Below, piece by piece: positions 1-13,425 of a stretch of DNA of 64,000 nt. A program made the translations under genes and the position numbers. Each line of letters opens with the position of its first letter. Position 1 is the stretch's first letter. The notes under the pieces were generated by a model. That model was not told the DNA's origin, did not search any database, and saw only the letters and a program-made list of their open reading frames with translations. Where the stretch lies: contig NC_043002.1 of NCBI RefSeq assembly GCF_006345805.1, forward strand, positions 24,242,001 through 24,306,000, read 5' to 3'. Source of the DNA: Octopus sinensis. Its lineage: Eukaryota.

Positions 1-712
1 ATCTGAGACAGCTTGTATGAAAATGCAGTAGATAGCATTTTTGTTAGTTTTCCTGAATAACACATAGGCTTAACCAGCAGAAAGTATGTAATTGCATACT
101 TGTATGTAGGCAAATATTGGTCACTTCATTTCCAAACATTGGTAATGGAGGGATTTGGCAGCACCTTGGATGACTGAGCAGCTCTTTCCAAGGAGAAAAC
201 TGCTCACCTATTAATCAAGAAGACTTAGAATAAAGTTTGCTTGATTCTGGACAAGCCTGCAAACCTTTCTAGGAAGAGGTCATATTTGGATACATGTCAA
301 CTTCCACCATATATTCTGGGGGCAAATATCTTTCTTTTGATTATTTTCTACTTGTTTCAATCAATGGACTGCAGCCATGCTGAGGCATCACCTTGAAGAG
401 TGTTAATTGAATGAACTAATCCCAATACTTCATATTTTTTTTATGGTTGGTACTTATTTTAACAATCTCTAATGTCAAACTAAGTTATGGGGACATAAAC
501 AAACCTATATTGGTTATTAAGCAGTGTTGGGGACAAACACAACCTCACACACATATATATATAAACAACGAGCTTCTTTCAGTTTCCGTCTACCAAATTT
601 ACTCAGAAGGCTTTGGTTGGCTTGGTGCTACAGAAAACACTTGTCCAAGGTGCTGCACAGTGGGACTGAACCTGGAACCATATGGTTGGAAAGCAAACAT
701 CTTACCATACAA

Positions 713-743
<31 letters not shown>

Positions 744-1387
744 CCTCAGGATATATAATTTGTCCATTTTATGCCCATTTTTCATGCTAATATATCGTTA
801 ATGAATGTATTATTGAGACATTCTGTTACCAATCTTTAATTGTTTTTCAAGTAATGGAGTTTTCATTCCACTTGTCTTTAAAAGCACAGAACTATGAGAA
901 GACTTGTTGATAGGGAAATTGCAATAAATGTCACTGTCTATAGCGAAGCAGTTTTCATGCAAAGTGCAGAAGGCAAACATTTATAGAGAAAGTGGGCTGG
1001 GTTGTTGATAGTTAAATGCCTTAGTTTTGGACACTGTACAGAAACTATTTACATTGTAGCATCAAGAGCAGCTATATGGATTGGCTTGTTGACAGTTAGT
1101 CATGGATACAGTATAGTGATGTACAGCATACCGTAGTAACTATGTATCACTTGGTGGACTAAGTTGTTGGCAGTACAGTACTGATTTGATATTAAGGACC
1201 AAACACTCAGCTGGATGTCTAATACCATATCGTTCCAGGTTGGTCACATGTGCTCACAATGTCTGCTAGAGCAAAGGAAATGGGCCACTGAACAACAACA
1301 AAAGTTATAACAGTAACAACAACAACAACATCAAACATCAGCAACAATCACAAAAGTTGACATGGTCTATAAAGGAAAATGTGTTAC

Positions 1388-1567
1388 CTGAGATTTGAAG
1401 CCATTGGAGATCCACCTAAGAGGAATATATGGCTTTGTTCTACTAGCCATAGGAGGCCAGCATCTATCGGTGGTAACATGCCAAATGTCCAACATATTGG
1501 TAAGCAAGCCATGAAAATGTGAAGTACCTGATTAGCAATCAGGAGGTCATAAGATGAGGGATATTGT
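1388..1567 (-). CDS. PCNX4: Pecanex-like protein 4, second coding exon (180 nt, phase 2-2)
   Basis: Acceptor TTTTTCAG| (AG 1569-1568) and donor CAG|GTAACA (GT 1387-1386). Joins the previous exon in frame (DAIQ-R-QYPSS). LHIFMACLPICWTFGMLPPIDAGLLWLVEQSHIFLLGGSPMASNLR matches the recalled PCNX4 LPPPDALLLWAMEQ...LGGSSMSTHLR segment. Confidence 0.92.
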
Positions 1568-3378
1568 CTGAAAAATACACAGAAATATACACCCAAGACA
1601 ATGAATAAATAGTATTTTATAACATAAATACACAATTATAAACTTAGTCAGATAGTACAAGAGATTAAGGGTATCAACTCAAAGCTGGAGACATGAAGTT
1701 CTGTTTACACATAGTTAGTGTTCCCTCTAAGCTCTACGTTTGTGTGTGTGCATGTTTTAAAACGAGGAAAGGAAAGGTTTTTTTAAGACGAAGTTTGATT
1801 TTTCAGAATTGAAGAAATTTGAAAAGTAAGTACTTTCATGGATGCACACATACTTTGCAAAGAAAAGCAAAATTTGCTCACAATGAAAATTTCTGTACAG
1901 ACCCAGCAAAAACTTAGAGGGAATATTGTTCATGGTAACATCAAGCTATGCACATCCAATTTAGTTTATTTTGTTTATTCCTATTTGAAAACAGGTAAAA
2001 TGACTATAAGGTAAATTCGAGTCTTGTGACCACAACATTTTGTTTTATGGCTCTGAGTAAAACACTTAACTCTGCCTGGCCTAGTATGATACTATTAACT
2101 TAATGGTTGAGTAGTTGACAGTAGAAAATACATTTAACTATAAGAAAAATTTCTCTAACAAAATAACATCAACCAAAAAAAACACATCCCATCTAACTAT
2201 ACATTAGATAATGAATGTTAGTACTATCTTAGCAGTTCAATAAGAAAGATCAATAAAATAAATATGAGACTGAAGTAAGCATTGGAGTAGATATGATAGA
2301 TCAAAATTCTTGAAAGTAGTATTCCACTATGACCAATAAATGAAATCAGTAAAAGAGAAAATAAAGGTAGATAAATGAAGTGAAAACTACAGACAGGGAT
2401 AGATCAACTGGAATTGAACTCAATCTCTTCATGACGCAGAGATGTCTTGTACACAAAACTTGATGTCATATGATATGCAATACATGTTCTTACAAGCCTT
2501 CAGGAGTTCATAAGATCTTCAATTTCAAAGTATTAAGCAGTTGAGAGATAAAACTTCTCATGGATAGCACACTGGACTATCATAGGTGAAGTTCTTACAA
2601 GATCTGTATGTATCCCAAAGATTCTCAAAGCCCACTTAATTTTGTTGAGTTCTATTATATTAACTAAATGAGATATGAATATCGATTTGAATAGTGTCCA
2701 GTTTATCATAGGTGACAGGTACACAACTCCCATACCTTGGAAATGACACACATGAAAACTTATGTTTTATCCCTTTCATCTAATTTATATTATGGAGATC
2801 CAGAACTAAGCCTCACACTTTAAGAGTACTTGTCTTCACCCCAAGGTACTTTTTGTGACATTTCTGGATTTGTAAATATCACAAAGCATTTCAAGGACTC
2901 TTAAGGGTTGTTACTTAGCTCTGGATCTAAATGATATCATATTTGATAAGCTCCACTTGGATACAATGGCAATCTTCAAGAGTGGTTTTAACAAAATAAA
3001 CTGGTAATTATATCTCAACATGTGAAGCAAGACATGTAGCATTTTTGTCTGCACAAGACAACAAAAGGCCTGAAGTAAGTGTGAATTCATATATGACACA
3101 GTAATCAGGTACTTTAGGACCCGTCGTTTAGTAGCTCATGACCTGGTAGTATGGTACCATATGATCTGGCATAACCTAGTTATGTGATACCATATAACAT
3201 TGTAGCATGGTACCTTATGACTGGTAGTGTAGAACTTTATGACCTAGTAGCATAGTACTTTAAGACTTAGTAATATATAACATGGTACCTTATGGTGGTA
3301 ACTCAGTACTTTATCTCAAACCAAGTGGCATCATGAGTACATTAAGAAATCAAAAATACTAAAAGGGATTAAACCTAC

Positions 3379-4076
3379 CTTTGAATAGCATCCACAATGA
3401 CACATATGAAGACATAGGTCGGCCGCATCAGATGAGATATTTCATAGGTGTCCATTGTCCGGAATGTTGCTGGCTCTGGTGGTGCACCAACAGTCAGTGA
3501 ATACTGTGCAATACACACAGATAACCAGCCAAACAAGAAGAGCAGAACTGCAGCAACATCACTGTTGTAGAGGGGCTTGATGTTTGACACAGGCAGCAAG
3601 GCAAGTAGTGCCAAGCCACACATCACGCCTGATATCACAGAATGGATCAGGATGTTGACTCTATACTTCTTCACTGGCACAATAAACTCCAGTGTCTCAG
3701 GGGCACAGCAGGCTGTAAATTCCACCTCATCGTCCTCAGAAAACGCACAGTGCTTCTTGGTGACAACAGCCTCACTTGACTTCTGTGACTGCTGGCACAA
3801 TGTAGACAGAACTTGCACAGAGATGACAAAGATGGACATGATAGCACCAAAGATGTAGGCTGCCACTTCCGATTGAAGGAGGTAGAGCTCGACAAGTGTT
3901 GTGAACATCGCAGCAAGGATGCATGGGCAGATAAAGAAACATATCTGTGACAGATACACATATGTCGGAGCATCATAGCCAAGTCGCAGCTTAGGGCCGC
4001 CCAATATTGTTTGGGGCAACCTCTTCAAAAAAAAGTCCTGCTTATACTCATTCAATAAAGGAATGCCAGATCCCAT
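3379..4076 (-). CDS. PCNX4: Pecanex-like protein 4, first coding exon (232 codons + 2 nt)
   Basis: [41 protein letters not shown] closely matches the vertebrate PCNX4 N-terminus as I recall it ([29 protein letters not shown]). Hydrophobic TM-like segments follow. ATG at 4076-4074; donor AAG|GTAGGT with GT at 3378-3377 (phase 2). Confidence 0.93.
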
Positions 4077-4192
4077 CTCAAAAGCAGTTTTAAGGAGAGG
4101 TTTTAAGTAAAGTAGGGAGTGTTTTGAGAGGGTAGGGTAGAGATGGAGGACAAAAGAGGCTGGTTGTCCTGCTGCTTAATTAGGGTCAGGGA
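4077..4192 (-). other. PCNX4: Probable 5' UTR part of the first PCNX4 coding exon
   Basis: Minus-strand acceptor CCTTTTCTTTTATTTGTCAG| (AG 4194-4193). No ATG between it and the start codon. Confidence 0.6.
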
Positions 4193-5578
4193 CTGACAAA
4201 TAAAAGAAAAGGATGACCATTCAGATCTAACATTTTATCAACAGGCTCTCTTCAGTTCATCACTTCATAAAAACAAAAGTTGAATGTGGCACAAAATTGT
4301 GCCAGGTGGGAATTGAGACTGGATTGATGTTGTTCCATATTTGGAGGGAGTGGGTGGAGAATTGAGTGAGGAAATATGGGAAAGGAGAAGTCAGGACACA
4401 AGTGAGAAAATGCAAAAGGAGGATGCAGGAAAAAACTGAAGAAATGTGTGAGTGGCAGGGGACAAAGAAAAGCAAGAATTTTTATTCTGCTACTAATATT
4501 TCTTCCTTTTTCTCTTCTTATAAATTCTTATAATCAAGTGATACTTCAGAGAGATTTTCATAAATCAACTTAAACATGTAAAATAACAAATGTATACGTG
4601 CACGTACCCACACACACTTATGTGCTTATTTATATGCTATATATACAATTTATATAGATAGATGTCATATGTGTGTGTGTGAGTGTGCATATGTTATATA
4701 AGTTGAAGTTGATATCTTTCGTTAATATCTAGTATTCCAAAGAACACTGTTAAGCCAATGTGACAAATGCCAATGTCTCTTATTCAAACAAGAGCTATGG
4801 TAGTTCGTGTGGAAATACAATGTCACAGTGGGCAGTAAAACCATCTGGTTCAATATTGTATGCTTTCATGTTCCAATCCTACAAGTTTTCAAAAGGTGAG
4901 GTGCATGGATAGACTGGAGAGGGATGGTTGATATTATTACTTGAATTTGGATAGGGATTTACACAAGTGGACCATCAGATCAATAACTTGGATTTTTTTC
5001 CTTTATGATTTTATATATTTAATATATATGTATATATAAATTTTTTGTACTGTATGTGTGTATATCTGTATACATAATAAACAGATCTAAGGGAGCGAGT
5101 TGTTGGATGTATTATAACAAGTTGTAGAAATGCATCAAATTGCAATATAGGGATGTGTAAGAGATGGATTGCAGTGTACAATACTGGTCCTATAATGTTC
5201 TTGAGGAATGTAAAAAATCAACACTGGTCAACAACAGTTGTATTTGAATACCATCCCCCAAAACAGTGCCACTGGTACTTTGTTGCAGGGTGTAATGTTT
5301 CACAGTGGTTTGTAGACAAAACTACTAAATGCCATTACACTTATGTCATGGGAAAGCTGAAATATTTGAAAAGGATCCAGAAATGTTCCCAGTCAGATCT
5401 AGTTGTAGAACTGGATGAGGAGCCAATGAAAGGAATGATGTCTCTGTAAAGTATTCTTGAATGGATGGTAATTTCTGCTTGAGATTCTTGTTTTGGAAAG
5501 TTCTTTAAAAATCAATATTCAGTGTTTATCTGAAAAAAGATAAAGAAAAAGTAATTAAATAAAATACAACTTGCTGAT

Positions 5579-5624
<46 letters not shown>

Positions 5625-8424
5625 GTACACACACACACACGGTTTACATTTTAGGTCTTCTTGCACCATGAGACACAAAGCAGCAAGCTTCCTCCTACAT
5701 GCTCAATCTGATGCAGTCCCTTCCATTCCCGTCCTTATACATTGTGTCTCCCAAGAATATCTGGTGCCAGGTGTTTCTGAACCAGCCCTTCTCTGCTGTT
5801 CTTCTAGTATTCATGTCACAGAAATTTTTACATGGCATATAAGTGGCAGGCACAAATTGTAAACTGCTAAATGAAACAATCGCAGCACCACAATGGTCTG
5901 CAGTGGCTGGGATTTGCTTCACAGAAAGATTTCCTCCTCTGTGTACACAAACACACAAATTTCAGGCATAACTCCTTTGTTGGAAACCCACAATCCTTGG
6001 TTCCCATTGTCATGTTGTATCCTTCCTGGACCCCATTCTCCAGAAGCTGCCATTGGGCCTCATACATTATACTTTCATGAAGTAGGATCAGTGCACCATC
6101 CAGTTTAACATTAAAATCTGATCTTTGGAATGCTTAGTATTTAGACCAAATTTTTGCTGCCCAATTCTATTATACTTCCTTTGTTTACCAAATTCTATTA
6201 TACTTCCTTTGCTTACAGACATTAACATGGTAAAAGTTTAGCCCAATTAATCTCACCAATTTAAGACGGGTTTGTAAGAGGCATTTAAAATGGTTTATGA
6301 TGAAAGGGAAATTGCCTCTGAAAAACCATCCAAAGCCATGCCAGCATAGAAAAATAGATGCAATGAGGCAGTTTTTGATATTTATATCTACTCTATGCTT
6401 TGGTCAATTTGACCTTTGATCATCATGAGAGTTCTTATTTCTGGATATCTTTTATCTTTTACTTGTTTCAGCCACAGGACTGTGGCCATGCTGGAGTACT
6501 GCCTTGAAGGGTTTTAGTTGAACAAATTGACCCATGTTTATTTATCGGTCTATTTTGCCAAACCACTGTTGTCAAGCAGGGTTGGGGAACAAACACAGGC
6601 AGACATATGTCCAAGGTGTCATGCAGTACTACTGAATCTGAAACCATGCGGTTGCAAAGTGAACTTCTTAATATGTACATGATACTGGACTAAATTCGAA
6701 CCACAAAGCTTTATTTCTAGGTAAATGTAGTATAATACACTTATCCACTGAACCAAAGAAGCATGTACTAATCATCAGATAAAGATACAACAGAAAACAG
6801 GTTAAAGAAATGGCAAATTAGATTGTTAAACCCATAATCTTCACTTTTGCTTTTTGGCTGTCACAGCTGAGGCTATGTGGGAGCATCACTGCCTGCAGTA
6901 AGCTCTGCCTTAAATAATAAGAATACATTTTTAACTTATAAACAAGATCACACATTTTTAACTTAGACACAAGATTACACAATTTATTATCATTATTTTT
7001 TTCTGTGTGGAGAGGGGTGAGGTCAGTCAAACTGATACCAGTACTTGACTGGTGTGTCCCAGCAGAATTTGATAACTAAATACTAGAAGACAATTCATTT
7101 GGTGCTGTACCATTTCTCCTACCTACTGCTCTAATAATAATGATGATGATGATGATGATAATAATCATAATGATAACAAACTGGTGAGTATGCTAAGTAA
7201 TAAGGCACTAAAAGAGAATGACTCTCCCCAGACACAATAAAATAAGAATAATGTTTGTTAAGAAAAGCAGAGGGCCCAGAAATTTTATGAGAAGAGTACA
7301 GTCAATCAAAGCAACACCAGTACATGATGGTGACTTATTTTAGCATCCCTGATTGCATGAAAGATAAAATGGATGTTGGCAAGAGTTGAACTCAAAATGC
7401 ATGCTACGAAATTAAATATCGCAAGAAAATTTATCTGGCTCTCTACCAATTCTACTCATTCACTACTCTAGTAATACTAATAATTATAATACTTTGTAAC
7501 ATATGCAAGAAACCTGAATTATCTCAAGGATGTTTTGTAAAGAAAACAGAAGAGAGAGACAGAGGGAGAGAAGGAGAGAGAGACAGAGGGAGAGAAGAAG
7601 AGAGAGACAGAGAGAAAGAGAAACAGGAAAAAAGAGAGAACAGAATGTTATCAAATCTACAATCTCTCCTTCACATTAATTTAATTCATTTATTTATTTT
7701 ATATTTCTTTAAAAAGAAATATTTTCAAAAGGAAATTAAATGAGGATATACATATATAAAACCCCATAAAATTTGTTTTCCAAAGCTGTAAGAGAGAAAA
7801 ACCTGCTTTTTATTTTTCTTCCTGCTTCTTGTTTCATATTTAAAAAATTGTTGAAATAAAAGATTTTATTAATCAAAGAGGTTTTAAATTTTTTTTGATG
7901 TTCCACTTTGATTCACCCCCCTCCCTCAGATTTTTTCTGTTTTATTATCATAAAGGCAGCATGATTGCAGTTGTAGCATCATTTAGTAGATGCAGCATTG
8001 ATGAAAAACAGAAAGTCTGGTATTTCACATCAACCTGATGTCTTTTATCTTCTTTGTAATACTTTATTTGGTATAGGTGGATGGGTGGGTGGAGAATAGT
8101 TTTGCTCTCCTTTTCAAAATAAGTTTAATAGCAGTGAAAACAAGAAACACTTCTTCTTCTTCCTCCTCCTTCATTATTATAAATAATGCAATGATTGATA
8201 AGACAATATATAGAATATAAGACAAAATGCTTTGCGTTATTTGTTTAGGCTCTTTACTTTCTGAGTTCAAATCATGCTGAGGTTGACTTTGCCTTTCGTC
8301 ATTTCAGGGTTGATAAAATAAAGTACTAGTCAAGTACTGGGTTTGATGTAATTGACTACTCCTTCCGCTCAAAATTTCAGGCTTCGTTCCTATAGTAGAA
8401 AGGATTATTATTATTATTATTATT

Positions 8425-8950
8425 GAGTGAGAGAGCAGTGCATGCCATCAGAGTGACACTAGGGTAAAATATACGAAGCCCAATATACCTATTGTGACTA
8501 CCCATCTGATAAGGGTACACCAGGCACATGTATCACAACCATATCAAGACAAACAGCACATAACCTTGCAGGTGGGGCTCAGAGTTTTCTTCAGGTTGAG
8601 TAGCTCATCTCATTCAAATGGTCCATGAATAGGGGTTGTTTAAGGATGTTGAACGAAACACTCATGTCTCCAGAGGTGAATTATTCAAACTCCAAAGAAT
8701 TCCTCTCAATACATGGTGATGATGCTCCCCTACTACTTTTGCATGTGATCAGAGATGCACATATCATCAGCCACTAAGGGACATGCTCAACTGGTTATGG
8801 TCAGACAACAGACAAGAAAATCTGTGGCATTGAGCAGAATGTTTGCTGTAACCCATCTTTTATGCCAAGACAAAACAATGCACATGGTAACACTTCTAGT
8901 CAATTCAGATCAGAAGCCACGAGAGCTAGTGCCTGGTACTGCAACAGGGC
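8425..8950 (-). mobile_element. ~525 bp interspersed element flanked by (ATT)n on both sides, copy 1
   Basis: Colinear with 46549-47075 along its full length. The strand is inferred from an (AAT)n tail. Confidence 0.8.
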
Positions 8951-9062
8951 TTTTATTATTATTATTATTATTAACACTACTCATGCCAAAAAAAACAACA
9001 ACTTTAACATCAAAATCTCAAGCACTACTTATACCAGAGAGAGACATCATAAGCGGAAAGTG

Positions 9063-9373
9063 TAACCTCTCAAAAGAGCTGTTCTTCACTCCTGCTCCAG
9101 AGTGTCGGCTGCGGGGTCATTCCGAAAAGCTCTATCTGCGACAATTTCATCTCAATCGAAGGAGAGGGGCTTTCTCTGTCTGGGTTGCGGATCCGTGGAA
9201 TAAGCTGCCAGACGAGATGGTGAAGATGCCGACGACCGCTCGGTTCAAAGTCTCCCTTGACCTCAAGTGGCCTGAACTCTTTACATGAACACCACCCTGT
9301 ACATAACTCCATGTCCCCCTACATGGCCTTGCTTTTTGCTTTTTGAGCCAAAAAATTAACTAACTAACTAACA
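9063..9373 (+). mobile_element. CR1-clade LINE 3' fragment, young
   Basis: Open frame LRGHSEKL...FSVWVADPWNKLPDEMV...FKVSLDLKW-stop (9288) is typical of a CR1 ORF2 C-terminus. CpG-rich, short 3' UTR, (AACT)n tail. Confidence 0.82.
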
Positions 9374-10987
9374 TCACTGCAACCCTAAAAAAAAAATGAA
9401 TGGCACTCAGCTAAAGACATTACAATCACTCTAGATGTATTTACATTACAATCACTCCATATATATAAAACAGGTTTCTTTCAGTTTCTGTCTACTAAAT
9501 CCATTCACAAGGCCTTGGTTGGCCTGGAACTTTGTAGCAAACACTTGCCCAAGGTACAACACAGTAGGACTGAATCCAAGACCATGTGGTTGGGAAGCAA
9601 GTTCTTAACATCATAGCCATGCTTGTGCTTAGGTATGTAGAGAGAAAAAAGAAAAATGCTTGGTAGATTGACAGAATCATTAGAGCATATGATAAAATGC
9701 TTTGTGGAATCTATTCTGGATCTTTACTTTCTGAGTTCAAATCAGGATGAGGTCAACTTAGCCTTTCATCCTTTTGGAGTCAATAAAATAAGTACAAATG
9801 AAGTGCTGAGAGTGATTTAATCAATGCACAAGCATTATTGCATAGTTAAGAGGTTTGTTTCCCAACTAAGTAGTTTTGAGTTCAGTTTCACTGTGTCACA
9901 CTTCGGACAAGTGCTTTTACTATAGCCCCAGGCCCACCCAATCCTTGTGAGTGGATTTGGTGAACAGAAACTGAAAGAAAACCATTGTATGTACATGTGA
10001 GTGTGAGTGTGTGTGTGCGTGAGTGTGTGTGGGTAGGTGTGCATGCATATGTGAGTGTGCGTGTTTGAGTCTTCTTGTCATGACATCCTACAATGGTTTC
10101 AAATGAGTGGTATCACCATAGAAGGGGTGTTGGTTGTTTCCAGTCTGCTGAAAACATGTCTAACCATGGAAAAAGAAGTCAGGATTGGTAACATGAAGGG
10201 CATCTAGCCACAGAAAATCAGCATCAGTGAATTCCTTCTGACACATGCAAGCAAGGAAAAGTGGATGTTAAAAAAAAAACATTGGTGAAATATGATGTGC
10301 CTAAATTAGAAATATTTAAGGCAGTAGTTCTTCCAACACTTTATGTTCTTTAGTTAAGTTCCACCAAGGTCAACTTTGCCTTTTATCCTATCAGAGGTCA
10401 ATAAAATAGAGTATCACTTACATACTGCGGTCAATGTAATTGGCTAGTGTTGTGGCTACTCTTGGAGACCATTGTTCGTAATTGCTGTTGTTGCTCTTGC
10501 TGTTGCAACTGCACCACGGACGCTAATAGGTCTTCTATGTTAACTAATTTTTCTTTGATTATGTATTAAAAGAAAATGTTAACATCCGATGTAAGCTTTG
10601 AATATCCTCGTCGCCACTTTTGTAAGTGGATACCCTCGTCACCACTTTTATATCCTTCTATATGTTGGATATACAGATTTCATGAAGTGGAGATAGACAC
10701 AACTGTCTTCACACAATGCACTTCAAAATACTCCAATAAATACAAACTCTCAATGTCTCCTATGACTTCTCTCTTGTCTCAACCAATAAGCTATTTTTTA
10801 TAAGAGTTCAGCCAGTCCATTCTTTCAATCCCACAGGGGTGTCAATGACTCTTGCCACAACAGCTAGCTCCATCTTCTCAAAGCTACTGGCCTTGTGACT
10901 AAATTAGAAATTACTATCATTATTATTAGAAACTCCAGTTACCAATACATTGATAGTGTTACTACTATTGCCACTGCCACCACCACT

Positions 10988-11214
10988 AATAATAATAATA
11001 ATCCTTTCTACTATAGGCAGAAGGCCTGAAATTCTTGGGGGAGAGGAACTAGTCAATTACATCAACCCCAGTGCTCAAATGGTACTTATTTTATCAACCT
11101 AGGAAGGACGAAAAGCAAAGCTGACTCAGGAGAATTTAAACTCAGAATGTAAAGACAGACGAAATGCCATTTAGCATTTTGCCCAGCATGCTAATGATTC
11201 TGCCAGCTCTCTGC
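10988..11214 (-). mobile_element. Full-length family A SINE, minus orientation
   Basis: Reverse complement of the head, core and tail seen at 45975-46198. Confidence 0.85.
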
Positions 11215-11649
11215 ATTATTATTGTTGTTGTTTGTTGTTGTTGTTATTGTTGTTATTATTAATAATAATAATAATAATAAATCCAGAAAATGTATTTACA
11301 AAATTTGTGAGTTTACTAAATGATTTTTCCAGTGCTAATTTGGCAAGTATGGTGAAGTTTCTATTGCACTGATGTTGCCAGAATAATACCAAAACATGCC
11401 TTGAGTTATTTCCTATACTTGTCAGAAAGTCATTAACATTAGTCATTGATAATATTAGTCTGTCAGGAAGACAAGAGTTGGCATGGTCAGAGAAGTGAGA
11501 ATCAGCACTGAGTTCAGCAACAGATTCAGAGAACAAGTCACAGTCCTTCAGTACTCAGAACTCATTCCCCTAATGTTTATTATAGTCCATCAGCCCATAA
11601 TAGAAGAGTTTAAGATTAACTGTCAATGTTTACTCCTGTTGTAACTATT

Positions 11650-11990
11650 CTCTTGTATAGCTCTGAAACCTGGACACAAGAGAAAAATCAAGCACATCCT
11701 CTGGAAGCTTGTTAGCATGATGCAGTAAACCAATACCTTCTGCAATGAAACTATGATTACGCAACATCAAATTTATAATTTGGTCATGTTGTGGGAATGT
11801 CGGAAAATGAGATGTCCAAAAACTGTTTAATTCATTTTGGATGAAAGGAAGTGCATGCAAAGATGTCAATGTAAGTGGTTCAAAGACATCCTTAAAAGAA
11901 ATTTGCAAAAGTGTAGCATCAATGTGTACAGGTGGGGATCATAGATGAATAACCAACACAAATAGATGGATTGTCTGTTGTTAGAGCCTG
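11650..11990 (+). mobile_element. RTE/BovB-like LINE C-terminal remnant
   Basis: Plus-strand fragments SETWT and FKDILKRNLQKCSIN fit the RTE ORF2 tail. Many stops. Confidence 0.62.
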
Positions 11991-12942
11991 ACATGTTCAT
12001 AAAGCATGAAATGAATATCTCAATGGTAAACTCTCACCACTATTACTGGTGTATTCATCAACATTATTAGGGCCCTCACTACCACAACCATCACTAGGCA
12101 CCCAGCATCATCATCACTAAGAAGAAAACTATAACCATCACTTCCACTGTGGCACTCAACACCATCCCCAAAGTGCTCACCTTACCACTAACTACAAAAA
12201 CCCCCAACTATTACTGCTACTTTTGCAACTACTACCACCAGTGTCATATAGATTTCAAAAGATACTTGTCATCACCTCAATTACAGAGAATAGTGTAAAA
12301 AAATAAGATGATGTAGCATTCATACCCCTTTATGATGCAACTACAATACTGGATGTAACTTCATTGTTTCTTTCATTTTACAAACTCTTTACTAGTTCCT
12401 TTTCTCTTTCCTTTTCATTACTTAACTGTAAAAAAATTCCTAAACTGAATGACTCAACATTTCTCTTCCAACACCCTTCCACCATACGGTAGTTGTTGTT
12501 GGTACATCTTTACTAGTGCAATTTTTGTAATTGTTGTCATATTTTTTAATGCAAATTTCTGCTGTATTTAATGTGGTGTAATTGATGATATGATGCAGTT
12601 GATGTGGTGCAGATGATATTTGTTTTTTATGACTGCAGTCAATTTTCATGACTGCCGACAGTCATGTCTCATATTTCTGCATGCACACACACATACTGCT
12701 ACAATATTAGTTACGCACACAGGTATAGATACTTAAATATGCAGTTGCACACCACAAAGCACAATTGATACATTCTCAAGACACACACAAAAAAAAAACA
12801 CAAACATGACTAGACAAATGAAACAGTATGCTAAAGCATAAATTTACAAGTACTACATAACTACACATTTTGTTTGCATGAGTATTTTACAGATAATTAT
12901 ATGAACACTGACTGAATCTCTCTCTCTCTCACACACACATAC

Positions 12943-12992
<50 letters not shown>

Positions 12993-13133
12993 AAGCAGAG
13001 GAGAGAGAGAGAAAAACAAAGATAGACATGTATATGAATACACACAAATTCCTTCAGTTTTTTTTCCCCCAGCAATTGGACTTCAGAAGCTTTCTGAAGA
13101 GAAAGTCTTAACCCTACAAACATGGTTGTGCCT

Positions 13134-13425
13134 ATCATCATCATCATCGTTTAACGTCCGCTTTCCATGTTAGCATGGGTTGGACGGTTCAACTGGGGTC
13201 TGGGAAGCCAGAAGGCTGCGCCAGGCCCAGTCTGACTTGGCAGTGTTTCTACAGCTGGATGCCCTTCCTAACGCCAACCACTCCGTGAGTGTAGTGGGTG
13301 CTTTTTATGTGCCATACGAGGCTGGCAAATGGCCATGATCGGCTGGTGCTTTTTACGTGCCACCGGCACGGGGGCCAGACGAGGCTGGCAACGGTCACAA
13401 TCGGATGGTGCTTTTTACGTGCCAT
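13134..13425 (-). mobile_element. Family D retroposon copy
   Basis: Reverse complement of the same 3' module plus hairpin units. Confidence 0.85.

Noticed and set aside
1-52. Possible next PCNX4 exon (TTATTCAG| then R-KTNKNAIYCIFIQAVSD)
   Set aside because: The frame is open and phase-compatible, but the peptide does not resemble the expected hydrophobic continuation of PCNX4, and it is cut off by the window edge.
8755-9288. 177 aa plus-strand ORF
   Set aside because: Chance read-through of the 525 bp element, an (ATT)n tract and the CR1 fragment. Only the last ~75 codons are real TE coding sequence.
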